A DNA stretch of 46,682 bases from Thermodesulfovibrionales bacterium. Lineage in GTDB: Bacteria > Nitrospirota > Thermodesulfovibrionia > Thermodesulfovibrionales > CALJEL01. Numbering within the stretch: position 1 is the stretch's first letter; the number at the start of each line of letters is the position of its first letter. The translations under genes and the position numbers were made by a program. Of this stretch, positions 25,902 to 34,958 are shown one piece after another. Where the stretch lies: assembly GCA_046292975.1 (NCBI GenBank), contig JBKBPW010000001.1, forward strand, positions 1-46,682, written 5' to 3'. The notes under the pieces were generated by a model that did not search any database, was not told where the DNA came from, and worked only from the letters and a program-made list of their open reading frames with translations.

Positions 25902-27199
25902 AACATTTAAGAATCACCTCCACCAATTCACCCCTTTCCCTCTTCACCCTTTTTTCAATTATCTTTCTGTTCTGCTGTGAAATAATAACTTCTAAGGCCT
26001 ATGGAAGGATTTTTATAGATATTAATGAGCCTGTCCCTAGGTCCCTTTTGTTAGGTATACAGGTTTATAGTGAAGATACTGAGGCAAAGAAAAATGCAAA
26101 AGAGTTTCTTAATGTTATCAATGATGACCTTACCTATACAGGACTATTTTCATCAATTGATGATAAACTTTTTCTTGAGCCGCCCCAGGCCCTTTTTAAA
26201 CCAGAAAACTGGAGACCCCTGGGTGCTGATGCAGTTATAAAGGTCAATCTTCATGTCACACAGAACACCCTGAGGGCATTGGTAAGTATATATGATGTGA
26301 ATGAAGGCATTCAGATTTTTAAGAAGGAATATTCAGGAGAACTTGGGCTTCTCAGGTCTCTTGGCCATTTAATAGCAAGGGATGTATATAAAAGATTTAC
26401 TAATAGTGAACCACCTTTTGAGGCAAAGCTCCTTTATATCGGATTACTTGATGGTAAAAAATCACTCTTTATTATGGACTGGGATGGTGCAAGGCTCAGA
26501 AGACTTGGCATAGGCGCAGAGACAATTATATCTCCGCGATGGTCTCAGGAATACAGGAGTCTTGCCTATACTCAGAGGGATGGAAGAAAATGGAGTATAA
26601 AGATTGTTGATTTTAATACCATGACTCAGAAGACAGTACTTGAATCCACTGGGCTTCTCCTTACCGGAGATTTTGTTGATAAAAGGACCATTCTTATTAC
26701 CCTGACAGAGCTTGATAACCAGGATATATTTCTTTTAGATCTGGAGACCTCAAAGACAAAAAAACTTATTACAGGATACGGGATTGATATAGACCCTGCC
26801 TTATCTCCAAAAAAAGATAAACTCCTCTTTGTTTCTGACAGGAGTGGTTCACCACAGGTTTACATTGCTGAGATTTCTGGCTATAATATAAAAAGATTGA
26901 CCTATAAGGGCAGCTACAATACCTCTGCCAGATGGTCACCATCTGGTGATTCCTTTGTGTATGTGGGGACTGTAAATGGGAAGAATCAGATTTTTTTGCA
27001 GAGATTTGATAATGATGAGCCTGTTCAACTTACTGATAAAGGGAATAATGAAGAGCCTTCCTTTTCTCCTGATGGGAGATTCATTGCCTTTTCATCAGAT
27101 AGAGATGGTATCTGGAAGGTATATATAATGAGGCTTGATGGTTCAGGTCAGAGACCTTTGACCATGGGCTATGGATTTAGCCCTATATGGATTAAATAA
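25898..27199 (+). CDS. tolB: Tol-Pal system beta-propeller protein TolB
   Basis: 433 aa with a signal peptide, a TolB N-domain and repeated propeller blades (SPRWS, LSPKKDKLLFVSDRSG, RWSPSGD, PSFSPDGRFIAFSSDRDG). Confidence 0.9.
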   Translation: MKHLRITSTNSPLSLFTLFSIIFLFCCEIITSKAYGRIFIDINEPVPRSLLLGIQVYSEDTEAKKNAKEFLNVINDDLTYTGLFSSIDDKLFLEPPQALFKPENWRPLGADAVIKVNLHVTQNTLRALVSIYDVNEGIQIFKKEYSGELGLLRSLGHLIARDVYKRFTNSEPPFEAKLLYIGLLDGKKSLFIMDWDGARLRRLGIGAETIISPRWSQEYRSLAYTQRDGRKWSIKIVDFNTMTQKTVLESTGLLLTGDFVDKRTILITLTELDNQDIFLLDLETSKTKKLITGYGIDIDPALSPKKDKLLFVSDRSGSPQVYIAEISGYNIKRLTYKGSYNTSARWSPSGDSFVYVGTVNGKNQIFLQRFDNDEPVQLTDKGNNEEPSFSPDGRFIAFSSDRDGIWKVYIMRLDGSGQRPLTMGYGFSPIWIK

Positions 27200-27212
27200 C
27201 TGGAGGTGCAGG

Positions 27213-27842
27213 ATGAGTTATTCAGTAATTCGTGAATTGAGGGTGCCCTTATTATTCGTCCTTCTGGCTCTTTTTATAATTGGAGGTTGTACACCGAGAG
27301 AGGTTGTTCAGCAGGAGGCTCAAAAGCCTGAGGCCCCTGAGGTCGCTCAGAGGCCTAAGGCCCCTGAAGTTACTCAAAAAACTGAGGAGGTAAAACCTGA
27401 GACAGAAAAGATAACACCACCAGCTCCTGAGATTATTACAGAAAAACCAGTCACTGAAACACCTGTGGTAGCTAAGAAAGAGGCAGAGGTTAAACCTGAG
27501 GTAAAGAAGATAGAGTTTTCTGATATCCATTTTGATTTTGATAAATACGATATCAGGGAGGATGCGAGGCCAGTTCTTGAGAGGCTTGCCACATGGCTCA
27601 AGGAAAATCCAAAGGCGAGGGTTCTCATAGAGGGACATTGCGATGAGAGAGGAACAAATCAATATAACCTTGCCCTGGGTGAGAGAAGGGCTGTCGCAGC
27701 AAAGAATTATCTAATGACCCTTGGTATAGCATCCTCAAGGATAGATACAGTTACCTATGGAGAAGAAAGACCTCTCTGTAGAGAGCAGACAGAAGGATGC
27801 TGGCAGCTTAACAGGAGGGCTCACTTTGTTGTACATGAATAG
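27213..27842 (+). CDS. pal: Peptidoglycan-associated lipoprotein Pal (OmpA family)
   Basis: ATG at 27213 is preceded by GGAGGTG. The protein has the lipobox LFIIGGC, a Pro/Glu/Lys-rich linker and an OmpA-like domain (IHFDFDKYDI...GHCDERGTNQYNLALGERRA...NRRAHF). Confidence 0.9.
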   Translation: MSYSVIRELRVPLLFVLLALFIIGGCTPREVVQQEAQKPEAPEVAQRPKAPEVTQKTEEVKPETEKITPPAPEIITEKPVTETPVVAKKEAEVKPEVKKIEFSDIHFDFDKYDIREDARPVLERLATWLKENPKARVLIEGHCDERGTNQYNLALGERRAVAAKNYLMTLGIASSRIDTVTYGEERPLCREQTEGCWQLNRRAHFVVHE

Positions 27843-28815
27843 GATAGAGAACTTCAAAAAGGCTATTGTTCTACTGCTCTCAGCCTCCCTGTTGCTCTGC
27901 TTTGCTGTTCTGTTTATTGGCTGTGTTACTGTTACAAGTGATTATGATACCCTCAAGGCAGATGTGAATATGCTTAAAAAGGACCTTTATGAGACAAAGG
28001 TTGCCCTTGCAGATTTAAAGAAAGCTCTTGATGAACTCCAGACCCTTGCCAGGGCAGGTGGCACAGAACAGGCAAAGGCCTTAACAGAATCTCAGGTCTT
28101 ATTATTTAACAAGCTCAATTCCCTTACAGCAGAACTCACAGATATAAGGGCAAGGTTTGAGGAACAGAGACATTTTGTAGATAAATTTCTTTCAGAATCA
28201 AAACAGGCAGATGAAAGATTTCAGGCAAGACTGGAAGGCCTTGAGCTTTCTCTGAGGGAGCTTCAGAAAAAGATAGAGGGCTTAGAGGCACAATCAAGGC
28301 TCATAAAACCTGAGCCTGCTCCTGCGGCTGCAACAGCCACCGCTCAAAAAACAGAACATGAAAAAGCTGAAACCCAGGTGGCAGCTGCTCCTTCACAACC
28401 GTCTCCTCCTGAGACCGACAAGAAAGGAACTGATGAGCCAAAACTCCTTTATGACAGGGCAAGGGAGTTGTTTAAAGAAAAGAAATATTCTGAGGCAAGG
28501 TCACTTTTTGAGGAATTCATCAAAAAATATCCTGATTACAGGCTTGCAGGAAACTGCAGATTCTGGATAGCCGAAAGCTATTATGCAGAGAAGAATTATG
28601 AAGATGCCATACTGAATTACGAAAAGGTTATCAGGGATTATCCTTCAAATGAGAAGGTCCCTACTGCCTATCTCAAGCAGGCCTATTCATTCATAGAGCT
28701 TGGTGATAAAAAGACAGCAAAGGTAATTCTTGAAAGATTAATTGCAAAGTTTCCTGGTTCAGAGGAGTCGCAGGCTGCAAGAAATAAATTAAAGGATCTC
28801 AAAGGGAAAAAATAA
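27835..28815 (+). CDS. cpoB: Tol-Pal system protein CpoB/YbgF (coiled coil plus TPR)
   Basis: The start was chosen at ATG 27835, which overlaps the pal stop (ATGAATAG). The protein has signal/lipobox-like LFIGC, a long coiled coil and a C-terminal YbgF-type TPR domain (YDRARELF...YPDYRLAGNCRFWIAESYY). Confidence 0.8.
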   Translation: MNRIENFKKAIVLLLSASLLLCFAVLFIGCVTVTSDYDTLKADVNMLKKDLYETKVALADLKKALDELQTLARAGGTEQAKALTESQVLLFNKLNSLTAELTDIRARFEEQRHFVDKFLSESKQADERFQARLEGLELSLRELQKKIEGLEAQSRLIKPEPAPAAATATAQKTEHEKAETQVAAAPSQPSPPETDKKGTDEPKLLYDRARELFKEKKYSEARSLFEEFIKKYPDYRLAGNCRFWIAESYYAEKNYEDAILNYEKVIRDYPSNEKVPTAYLKQAYSFIELGDKKTAKVILERLIAKFPGSEESQAARNKLKDLKGKK

Positions 28816-28826
28816 AAAATTTTTAA

Positions 28827-29813
28827 ATGCTTCAGGACCCATCAGGAAGGCGTATTGATTACCTGAGGATATCTGTAACTGACCGCTGTAATCTCAGGTG
28901 TATCTATTGCATGCCATCTCAGGGTGTAAGATTAATAGAATATAAAGAGATCCTCAGGTATGAAGAGATCATAAGAATAGTCAGGATTGCCTCCTTACTC
29001 GGTGTGCGGAAGGTCAGACTCACAGGTGGAGAACCCTTAAGACGAAGGGATATCACCTTTCTTATAAAGGGCATCTCCTCAATAGATGGGATTCAGGAGA
29101 TAGCTCTTACAACAAATGGAGTCTTGCTGAAAAAATATGCCCGTTCTTTGAAAGAGGCTGGACTCACCAGAATAAATATCAGTCTTGATTCCCTTGACCC
29201 TTCCAGATACAGGGAGATAACAGGTGGAGGAGATATAGGGACGGTTCTCAGTGGTATTGAAGAGGCAGAATGGGCAGGACTTACACCCATCAGTATAAAC
29301 ATGGTTCCTGTAAGGGGTATTAATGATAAGGAGATAGAGGCCTTTGCAAGGCTTACACTGGAGAAACCTTACAGGATAAGATTCATTGAGTTTATGCCTA
29401 TTGGTGCGAAGGACTTCTGGTCACCTGAGAGATATATCCCTGAGGAAGAGATAAGAAAAAGGATAGAGGTCATTGGAAGGCTTGAGCCAGCAGGCCTTAA
29501 TACAGGTGGTCCTGCAAGATACTGGAGATTCCCTGGGGCAAAGGGTATGATAGGCTTCATAAGTGCGTTGAGCAATCACTTCTGTAATGAATGTAATCGC
29601 CTGAGGATAACCTCTGATGGAAAGATAAGGCCCTGTCTTTTTTCCGAGACAGAGATAGATCTTAAACCCGTGCTGAGGGGTAGCAGTGATGATCAGGAAT
29701 TAATGAGGATTATGAGCCTTGCTGTTCAGTGCAAGCCTTCTGGTCATGGGTTGACCTCTGATAACAGGGCTCTCAATTCTGTTTTAAGACCCATGTCAAA
29801 GATAGGAGGATAA
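28827..29813 (+). CDS. moaA: GTP 3',8-cyclase (molybdenum cofactor biosynthesis protein A)
   Basis: 328 aa with the radical-SAM motif CNLRCIYC and a C-terminal second cluster CNECNRLRITSDGKIRPC. Confidence 0.95.
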   Translation: MLQDPSGRRIDYLRISVTDRCNLRCIYCMPSQGVRLIEYKEILRYEEIIRIVRIASLLGVRKVRLTGGEPLRRRDITFLIKGISSIDGIQEIALTTNGVLLKKYARSLKEAGLTRINISLDSLDPSRYREITGGGDIGTVLSGIEEAEWAGLTPISINMVPVRGINDKEIEAFARLTLEKPYRIRFIEFMPIGAKDFWSPERYIPEEEIRKRIEVIGRLEPAGLNTGGPARYWRFPGAKGMIGFISALSNHFCNECNRLRITSDGKIRPCLFSETEIDLKPVLRGSSDDQELMRIMSLAVQCKPSGHGLTSDNRALNSVLRPMSKIGG

Positions 29814-30292
29814 TGGAATTCACCCATATAGATGAAAAGGGCAATGCAAGGATGGTGGATGTATCCAGTAAGGATATAACCCATCGTGAGGCCCGGGCAG
29901 TGGCAAGAGTAAGGCTCAGGCAAGAGACCATTGAATTGCTATTAAAAAAGGCAATTCCCAAGGGAGATGTCCTGACAGTTGCAAAGATTGCGGGCATAAT
30001 GGCAGCAAAGAAAACGCATGAGCTCATTCCCATGTGTCATCCATTAAATATATCTCAGGTAGATATAGAATTCAGGATTCTACAGGAGGCTTCTACAATT
30101 GAAATAGAGAGTCTTGTGAAGGTAGAGGCAAAGACAGGTGTGGAGATGGAGGCTCTAACCTCCGTAACTGTAGCCGCACTTACTATCTATGATATGTGCA
30201 AGGCAGTTGATAAGGAAATAACAATTTCCGATGTAATGCTTCTTGAAAAGAAAGGCGGCAGGAGCGGGGAATTTAAGAGAGAAAAGACATGA
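29813..30292 (+). CDS. moaC: Cyclic pyranopterin monophosphate synthase
   Basis: 159 aa with MVDVS.K, GDVL..A.IAGIMAAKKT..LIPMCHPL and TGVEMEALT. Confidence 0.95.
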   Translation: MEFTHIDEKGNARMVDVSSKDITHREARAVARVRLRQETIELLLKKAIPKGDVLTVAKIAGIMAAKKTHELIPMCHPLNISQVDIEFRILQEASTIEIESLVKVEAKTGVEMEALTSVTVAALTIYDMCKAVDKEITISDVMLLEKKGGRSGEFKREKT

Positions 30293-30354
30293 TTTATAAT
30301 CTTTTGCATTTCACACTGTTAATTCTATCAATTTGTTTTTGAATTACAATTTTT

Positions 30355-30813
30355 TTATTTGCTGTCATGATGCAACTCCTTAATCCTTTTTTTTAAAACA
30401 GGGTGTTCAAGCTCAGGGGCTATCTCTGATAATGGTTTGAGGACAAAATCCCTTTCATGAATATAGGGGTGGGGTATCCTGAGTTCAGGTGTATTAAGGA
30501 TCAGATTATTATAAAAAAGTATATCAAGGTCAATTATCCTTGGCCCCCATCTTTTTGTTTCAGTCCTTCCCATAGCCCTTTCAATTGACTTAAGAAGATT
30601 AAGTAATTCAGCTGGAGCGTATTCAGTTTCGGCCTCAATCACCATATTTATAAACATGGGCTGGTCTTTCACTCCCCATGGTTCTGTTTCATAAAGGGAT
30701 GACCTTTTGATAACCTTTATGCCTTTTTCTTCCATGAGTCTTATGGCCTCAAGACAATTTTTTTCTCTATTGCCAATATTGGAGCCAATCCCTATATAAA
30801 CAGTCACGGCCAT
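30355..30813 (-). CDS. folK: 2-amino-4-hydroxy-6-hydroxymethyldihydropteridine diphosphokinase
   Basis: 152 aa with IGIGSNIG, YETEPWG, WGPRIIDLDIL, IPHP and RDFVL. Confidence 0.9.
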   Translation of the reverse strand: MAVTVYIGIGSNIGNREKNCLEAIRLMEEKGIKVIKRSSLYETEPWGVKDQPMFINMVIEAETEYAPAELLNLLKSIERAMGRTETKRWGPRIIDLDILFYNNLILNTPELRIPHPYIHERDFVLKPLSEIAPELEHPVLKKRIKELHHDSK

Positions 30814-30885
30814 AGTGTATGTATTATAATAAATGTGCGTGATGTGTTAATAAACTCATAACTGTCACGCATTACCGATTACGAC

Positions 30886-33600
30886 ATGACAATCTATCTC
30901 ATAGATGGAAGTTCCTATATCTACAGGGCATACTTTGCAATAAAAGGCCTTTCAAGCTCAAAGGGTCTTCCCACCAATGCAATCTATGGATTCACGAATA
31001 TGCTCCTTAAGATACTCAATGAAAAAAAGCCGGATGGGATTGCTGTTGTCTTTGACCGTCCTGAGCCAACAAGAAGACACAGGGCCTTCGAAGAATATAA
31101 GGCACAGAGACCAAAGGCACCTGATGACCTGACTGTTCAGATTCCCTATATCAGAAGGATTGTTGAAGCCTTTGGGATAAAGGTTATAGAAATCCCGGGA
31201 TATGAGGCAGATGATATCCTTGCTACAGTGGCAGAGCAGCTAAGCTCAGAAGGTCATGAGATATTCATTGTAAGTGGTGATAAAGACATCCTTCAGGTAG
31301 TTAATCAGAGAATAAAGATGTTTGATCCAATGAAAAATATAGTCTATGACAGTAAGGCAGTTGAGGAAAGATATGGATTGCCTCCTCAAAGGATACCTGA
31401 ACTTATAGCACTGGCTGGAGATACAATTGATAATATACCGGGGATAAAGGGCATTGGAGAGAAGACAGCCCTTGATGTATTGAGCTATGGCAGGCTTGAG
31501 GAGCTTATAGAAAACCCTTCATTAATTAAAAAAGAGAGGTTGAGGAAACTTATTGAAGATAATCTGGTGACTTTAAAACTCAGTTATGAGCTTGCAAAGA
31601 TAGACAGGGATGTTCCGCTAAATATTAAATCTGAAGAGCTTAAGAAAAAAGAGCCTCTGTGGGATGATCTTCTTGAGATATTCAGGGAGTGTGAATTTTC
31701 AAAACTTCTGAAACTCTTACCAGTAACCTTAGAGGTAAAGACAGTTATTGTTGATGATCCTCAGAAACTTATGTTGATACCTGGAATTGACAGGGGTTTT
31801 GTCTTTGACCTTACTTATATCCCAAAGGATCAAAAGATTTTTGAGGACCCACATCTCTTTGAAGGTGAGCCTTTATCAGGGGCCATTAAAGGGATAGCTG
31901 TTATGCCAATTAATTCAGAGGATTCAACAGAGCACGAAACAGGGGGTCCCCAAAAAATCGTTAGATCTTTTGGGGTACGAGTAGGGGTCCCTGAAAAATC
32001 GTCAGATTTTTTGGGACATGAAACAGTGTACTATCTTCCAATCAATAACATACAGGACTTACAGGCACTGAAACCATTATTCCAGTCAGAGTGTCAGAAG
32101 ATCAGCCATGACATTAAAAAGGACATAATAGCACTCCTCAGTGCTCAGATTGAATTGCAAGGGAGGCTTGATGATGTTCAGATAGCCTCCTATCTTGTTA
32201 ATCCCCTGAGGCCGAATCATCTGCTTGATGAACTTTCTATAGAGTATCTTGGTATTAAAAAGCTCAGCATGGAAGAGATTACTCCAGGATCACAGGATCT
32301 TTTTATTAAATATTCTTCACAGAATGCCCTCTGCAAACTCAGATTGTATGAAATTCTCAAGAAAAGACTCGAGGAACATGGTCTTGAGAAAATCTATAAT
32401 GAGATAGAGATGCCCCTCGTTAAGGTGCTTGCTGATATGGAAAGAACAGGCATAAAGATTGATATATCAATCCTTAAAGGTCTTTCAAAGGAGCTTGAAA
32501 ATTTTCTGGATACCCTCAGGGCAAGGATATATTTCCTTGCTGGTGGTGAATTTAATATAAATTCACCAAAGCAGCTTTCAGAGATACTTTTTAGCAGGCT
32601 TGGACTTAAACCAAAAAAAAGGACAAAGACAGGATATTCCACAGAACTCAGCGTCCTTGAGGAACTCAGCCTTCAGCATGAACTTCCAAGAGAGATACTT
32701 AATTACAGGTCGCTCTTCAAACTCAAGACAACCTATGTGGATGCCCTTCCCAAGCTTGTGAATCCCATGACAGGAAGACTTCATAGTTCCTTCAACCAGA
32801 CTATCACGGCAACAGGAAGGCTATCAAGCAGTGAGCCAAATCTTCAGAACATACCTGTTCGTGGAGCCTGGGGAGAGAGGATAAGACAGGCCTTTATAGC
32901 AGAAGAGGGTTTTATGATACTTTCTGCAGACTATTCTCAGATAGAATTAAGGATACTTGCCCATATGAGCAGGGATGAAAGATTTATCAGGGCCTTCAAA
33001 GAAGGCATTGATATCCATAATCTTACAGCCTCTGAATTATTTGGAGTTGAGCCGGATAAAGTGAGCCCTGAGCAAAGGAGGATTGCAAAGACCGTAAACT
33101 TTGGCATTATCTATGGAATGACTGCCTTTGGTCTGAGTGAGACCCTTGGAATTGAAAAGCAAGAGGCCCAGGATTATATAGATCAGTTTTTTATAAGACA
33201 CCCTACAATCATGCAGTGCTCTCTATCTCTTATAAGGAAGGCAGAAGAAAAAGGCTATGCAGAGACCCTCTTTGGAAGGAAAAGACCCATACCTGAACTC
33301 AGAAGCAGAAACAGCGCGACCAGAAGTCTTGGTGAGAGGCTTGCAATAAATTCTCCAATACAGGGAACTGCCTCTGATATTATAAAACTTGCCATGATAA
33401 GGATATGGAATCTCCTCAGAAAAGGGCAGTTTAAGTCAAGGATGCTCCTTCAGATTCATGATGAACTCCTTTTTGAGATTAAGGAAGAAGAGCTTGAAGA
33501 TGTAAAGGAGCTTATCAAAAGGGAAATGGAATCTGTCATTGCCCTTGAAGTTCCTATTATAGTTAATATCAAGGTTGGCAGAAACTGGGCAGAGGCCTAA
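30886..33600 (+). CDS. polA: DNA polymerase I
   Basis: 904 aa with a 5' nuclease domain (LIDGSSYIYRAYFA, SGDKDILQ), a central exo-like domain and a family A polymerase domain (motif A LSADYSQIELRILAH, motif B RRIAKTVNFGIIYG, motif C LQIHDELLFE). Confidence 0.95.
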   Translation: MTIYLIDGSSYIYRAYFAIKGLSSSKGLPTNAIYGFTNMLLKILNEKKPDGIAVVFDRPEPTRRHRAFEEYKAQRPKAPDDLTVQIPYIRRIVEAFGIKVIEIPGYEADDILATVAEQLSSEGHEIFIVSGDKDILQVVNQRIKMFDPMKNIVYDSKAVEERYGLPPQRIPELIALAGDTIDNIPGIKGIGEKTALDVLSYGRLEELIENPSLIKKERLRKLIEDNLVTLKLSYELAKIDRDVPLNIKSEELKKKEPLWDDLLEIFRECEFSKLLKLLPVTLEVKTVIVDDPQKLMLIPGIDRGFVFDLTYIPKDQKIFEDPHLFEGEPLSGAIKGIAVMPINSEDSTEHETGGPQKIVRSFGVRVGVPEKSSDFLGHETVYYLPINNIQDLQALKPLFQSECQKISHDIKKDIIALLSAQIELQGRLDDVQIASYLVNPLRPNHLLDELSIEYLGIKKLSMEEITPGSQDLFIKYSSQNALCKLRLYEILKKRLEEHGLEKIYNEIEMPLVKVLADMERTGIKIDISILKGLSKELENFLDTLRARIYFLAGGEFNINSPKQLSEILFSRLGLKPKKRTKTGYSTELSVLEELSLQHELPREILNYRSLFKLKTTYVDALPKLVNPMTGRLHSSFNQTITATGRLSSSEPNLQNIPVRGAWGERIRQAFIAEEGFMILSADYSQIELRILAHMSRDERFIRAFKEGIDIHNLTASELFGVEPDKVSPEQRRIAKTVNFGIIYGMTAFGLSETLGIEKQEAQDYIDQFFIRHPTIMQCSLSLIRKAEEKGYAETLFGRKRPIPELRSRNSATRSLGERLAINSPIQGTASDIIKLAMIRIWNLLRKGQFKSRMLLQIHDELLFEIKEEELEDVKELIKREMESVIALEVPIIVNIKVGRNWAEA
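31933..32026. repeat. In-frame 84-bp insertion inside polA: two tandem ~42-bp hairpin-containing units bounded by a 10-bp direct repeat
   Basis: cacgaaacag at 31933-31942 recurs as catgaaacag at 32017-32026. Between them lie two units of ggggtcccc(a/t)gaaaaatcgt(t/c)agat(c/t)ttttggg(g/a), each with an internal CCCCAAAA/TTTTGGGG-type inverted repeat. The segment encodes GGPQKIVRSFGVRVGVPEKSSDFLGHET. Confidence 0.7.
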
Positions 33601-33675
33601 TTGCACTGACTTGCCTCTTTTCTTGACTAAATAATACTTTCTGTGATAAGTTCTACCATGAAAGGGGGTTATATT

Positions 33676-34341
33676 ATGACAAAGAAAGAACTCCTTGGAA
33701 AGAAGATCACAGAACTTAGGTCGATGGCAAGGGAGATGGGGCTTTCTGTACCAAGAACAGCAACGAAGGAGGAGCTTGCCGCATTAATAAGTAAGACAAT
33801 GAGATTAAAGACCTTAAGAAAAAGAAAAAAAGAGGTAAAGCCAGTTTCTAAAAAAACATCAAAAAAGAAGCCCTCTGGTCAGCCAGTTGCTGAACTCAAA
33901 CCAGTTTCTATAAAGGAGGAGAGACCAGTTCTTTTGCCAGATATTACCCGACCTTCTTTGGCTATAATGAAAAATCTCCTTGGCCTTGTCCCTGTTAATC
34001 AGCAGACCTTTTATATTTACTGGGAGATAAACAAAGAGACAAGAGAACTTTACGAAGGTGAAAGGTTCATCATAAGGATTTATGATATAACAGGAGGAAA
34101 GGTTATTGAGACAGCTCCATATTTTGAGCTTCAGGTGCAACAGGATGCCGGGGGTTTTCACATTGATATGGGAAGGTCTGGAGAATTCTGTGCTGAGATG
34201 GGTATCAAGAAAAATGGTAGGTTCATGCCCTTTCTCAGGTCAAACACTATTGGACTCCCAAAGGTCCCGGATCTTAAAGAATTACCCGAGGCTGTCAGGG
34301 TCTCTTTCCCTTCAGGGATAGTCCATCCAACAAGTCCCTGA
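33676..34341 (+). CDS. DUF4912-like protein with Rho-N/SAP-like N-terminal domain
   Basis: The start was chosen at ATG 33676, 7 nt after an AAGGGGG RBS. The N-terminus reads LLGKKITELRSMAREMGLSVPRTATKEELAALI, followed by a Lys-rich linker and a C-terminal FYIYWEI... domain. DUF4912 assignment is from memory of that pattern. Confidence 0.6.
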   Translation: MTKKELLGKKITELRSMAREMGLSVPRTATKEELAALISKTMRLKTLRKRKKEVKPVSKKTSKKKPSGQPVAELKPVSIKEERPVLLPDITRPSLAIMKNLLGLVPVNQQTFYIYWEINKETRELYEGERFIIRIYDITGGKVIETAPYFELQVQQDAGGFHIDMGRSGEFCAEMGIKKNGRFMPFLRSNTIGLPKVPDLKELPEAVRVSFPSGIVHPTSP

Positions 34342-34933
34342 TAATTTTAATGGGATCTTTTTTATTCCTGAGGGCTTTGAGTATCTTATGGGAGCTAAGC
34401 AGACGAATCACCCTCATTTTTTCTTTTTGAGGAAGTTTTTTAATTTTTCCCCTTATCTTATTAAGTTCATTTAGATAGAGACCAATCTCTTTTGTATATA
34501 ACCTTTCAATCTCTTTTCTTATGGTCTTTGCCATGGCTGGAGAGGCTCCAGATGTGGATATGGCAATGGTCAGAGGCCCTCTTTTCACAACAGAGGGGAC
34601 TATAAAATTACATAATTCTGGTTCATCCACTACATTAAGAAGTCCTTTAAATTCTTTAGCGATCTTTGCATGAAGTTCTCTTGAAGAGGTGGCTGCTATT
34701 GTAAGAAAGGCCTTTTTGAGGTCTCCCTTTTTGTAATTTCTCTTCAAGAGCTTCACTTTATTTTTTCGGACAAGCTTTTTAATGTTTTCAGTGCTCACAG
34801 GGCTTATTACAGTGACGGTTGCACCTGCCCTAAGAAGGGACTTTATCTTCCTTTCAGCAACCCTGCCACCGCCAATAACCACACAATCTTTTCCTTCAAG
34901 ATTCAGGAAGGCAGGATAATATTTAATTGGCAT
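34295..34933 (-). CDS. Precorrin-2 dehydrogenase / sirohydrochlorin ferrochelatase (siroheme synthase N-terminal type)
   Basis: 212 aa with YPAFLNLEGKDCVVIGGGRVAERKIKSLLRAGATVTVISP (NAD fold) and ISTSGASPAMAKTIR. Confidence 0.85.
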   Translation of the reverse strand: MPIKYYPAFLNLEGKDCVVIGGGRVAERKIKSLLRAGATVTVISPVSTENIKKLVRKNKVKLLKRNYKKGDLKKAFLTIAATSSRELHAKIAKEFKGLLNVVDEPELCNFIVPSVVKRGPLTIAISTSGASPAMAKTIRKEIERLYTKEIGLYLNELNKIRGKIKKLPQKEKMRVIRLLSSHKILKALRNKKDPIKIIRDLLDGLSLKGKRP

Positions 34934-34958
34934 GATGACTCTATCCTTTTTTTAATTC

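Noticed and set aside
28816-28826. Moco riboswitch upstream of moaA
   Set aside because: Only 11 nt separate cpoB from moaA, which leaves no room for a riboswitch.
34295-34341. 47-bp convergent overlap of the DUF4912-like gene and the siroheme synthase-type gene
   Set aside because: It is probably just tail-to-tail overlap in a compact genome. Nothing suggests antisense regulation from the sequence alone.
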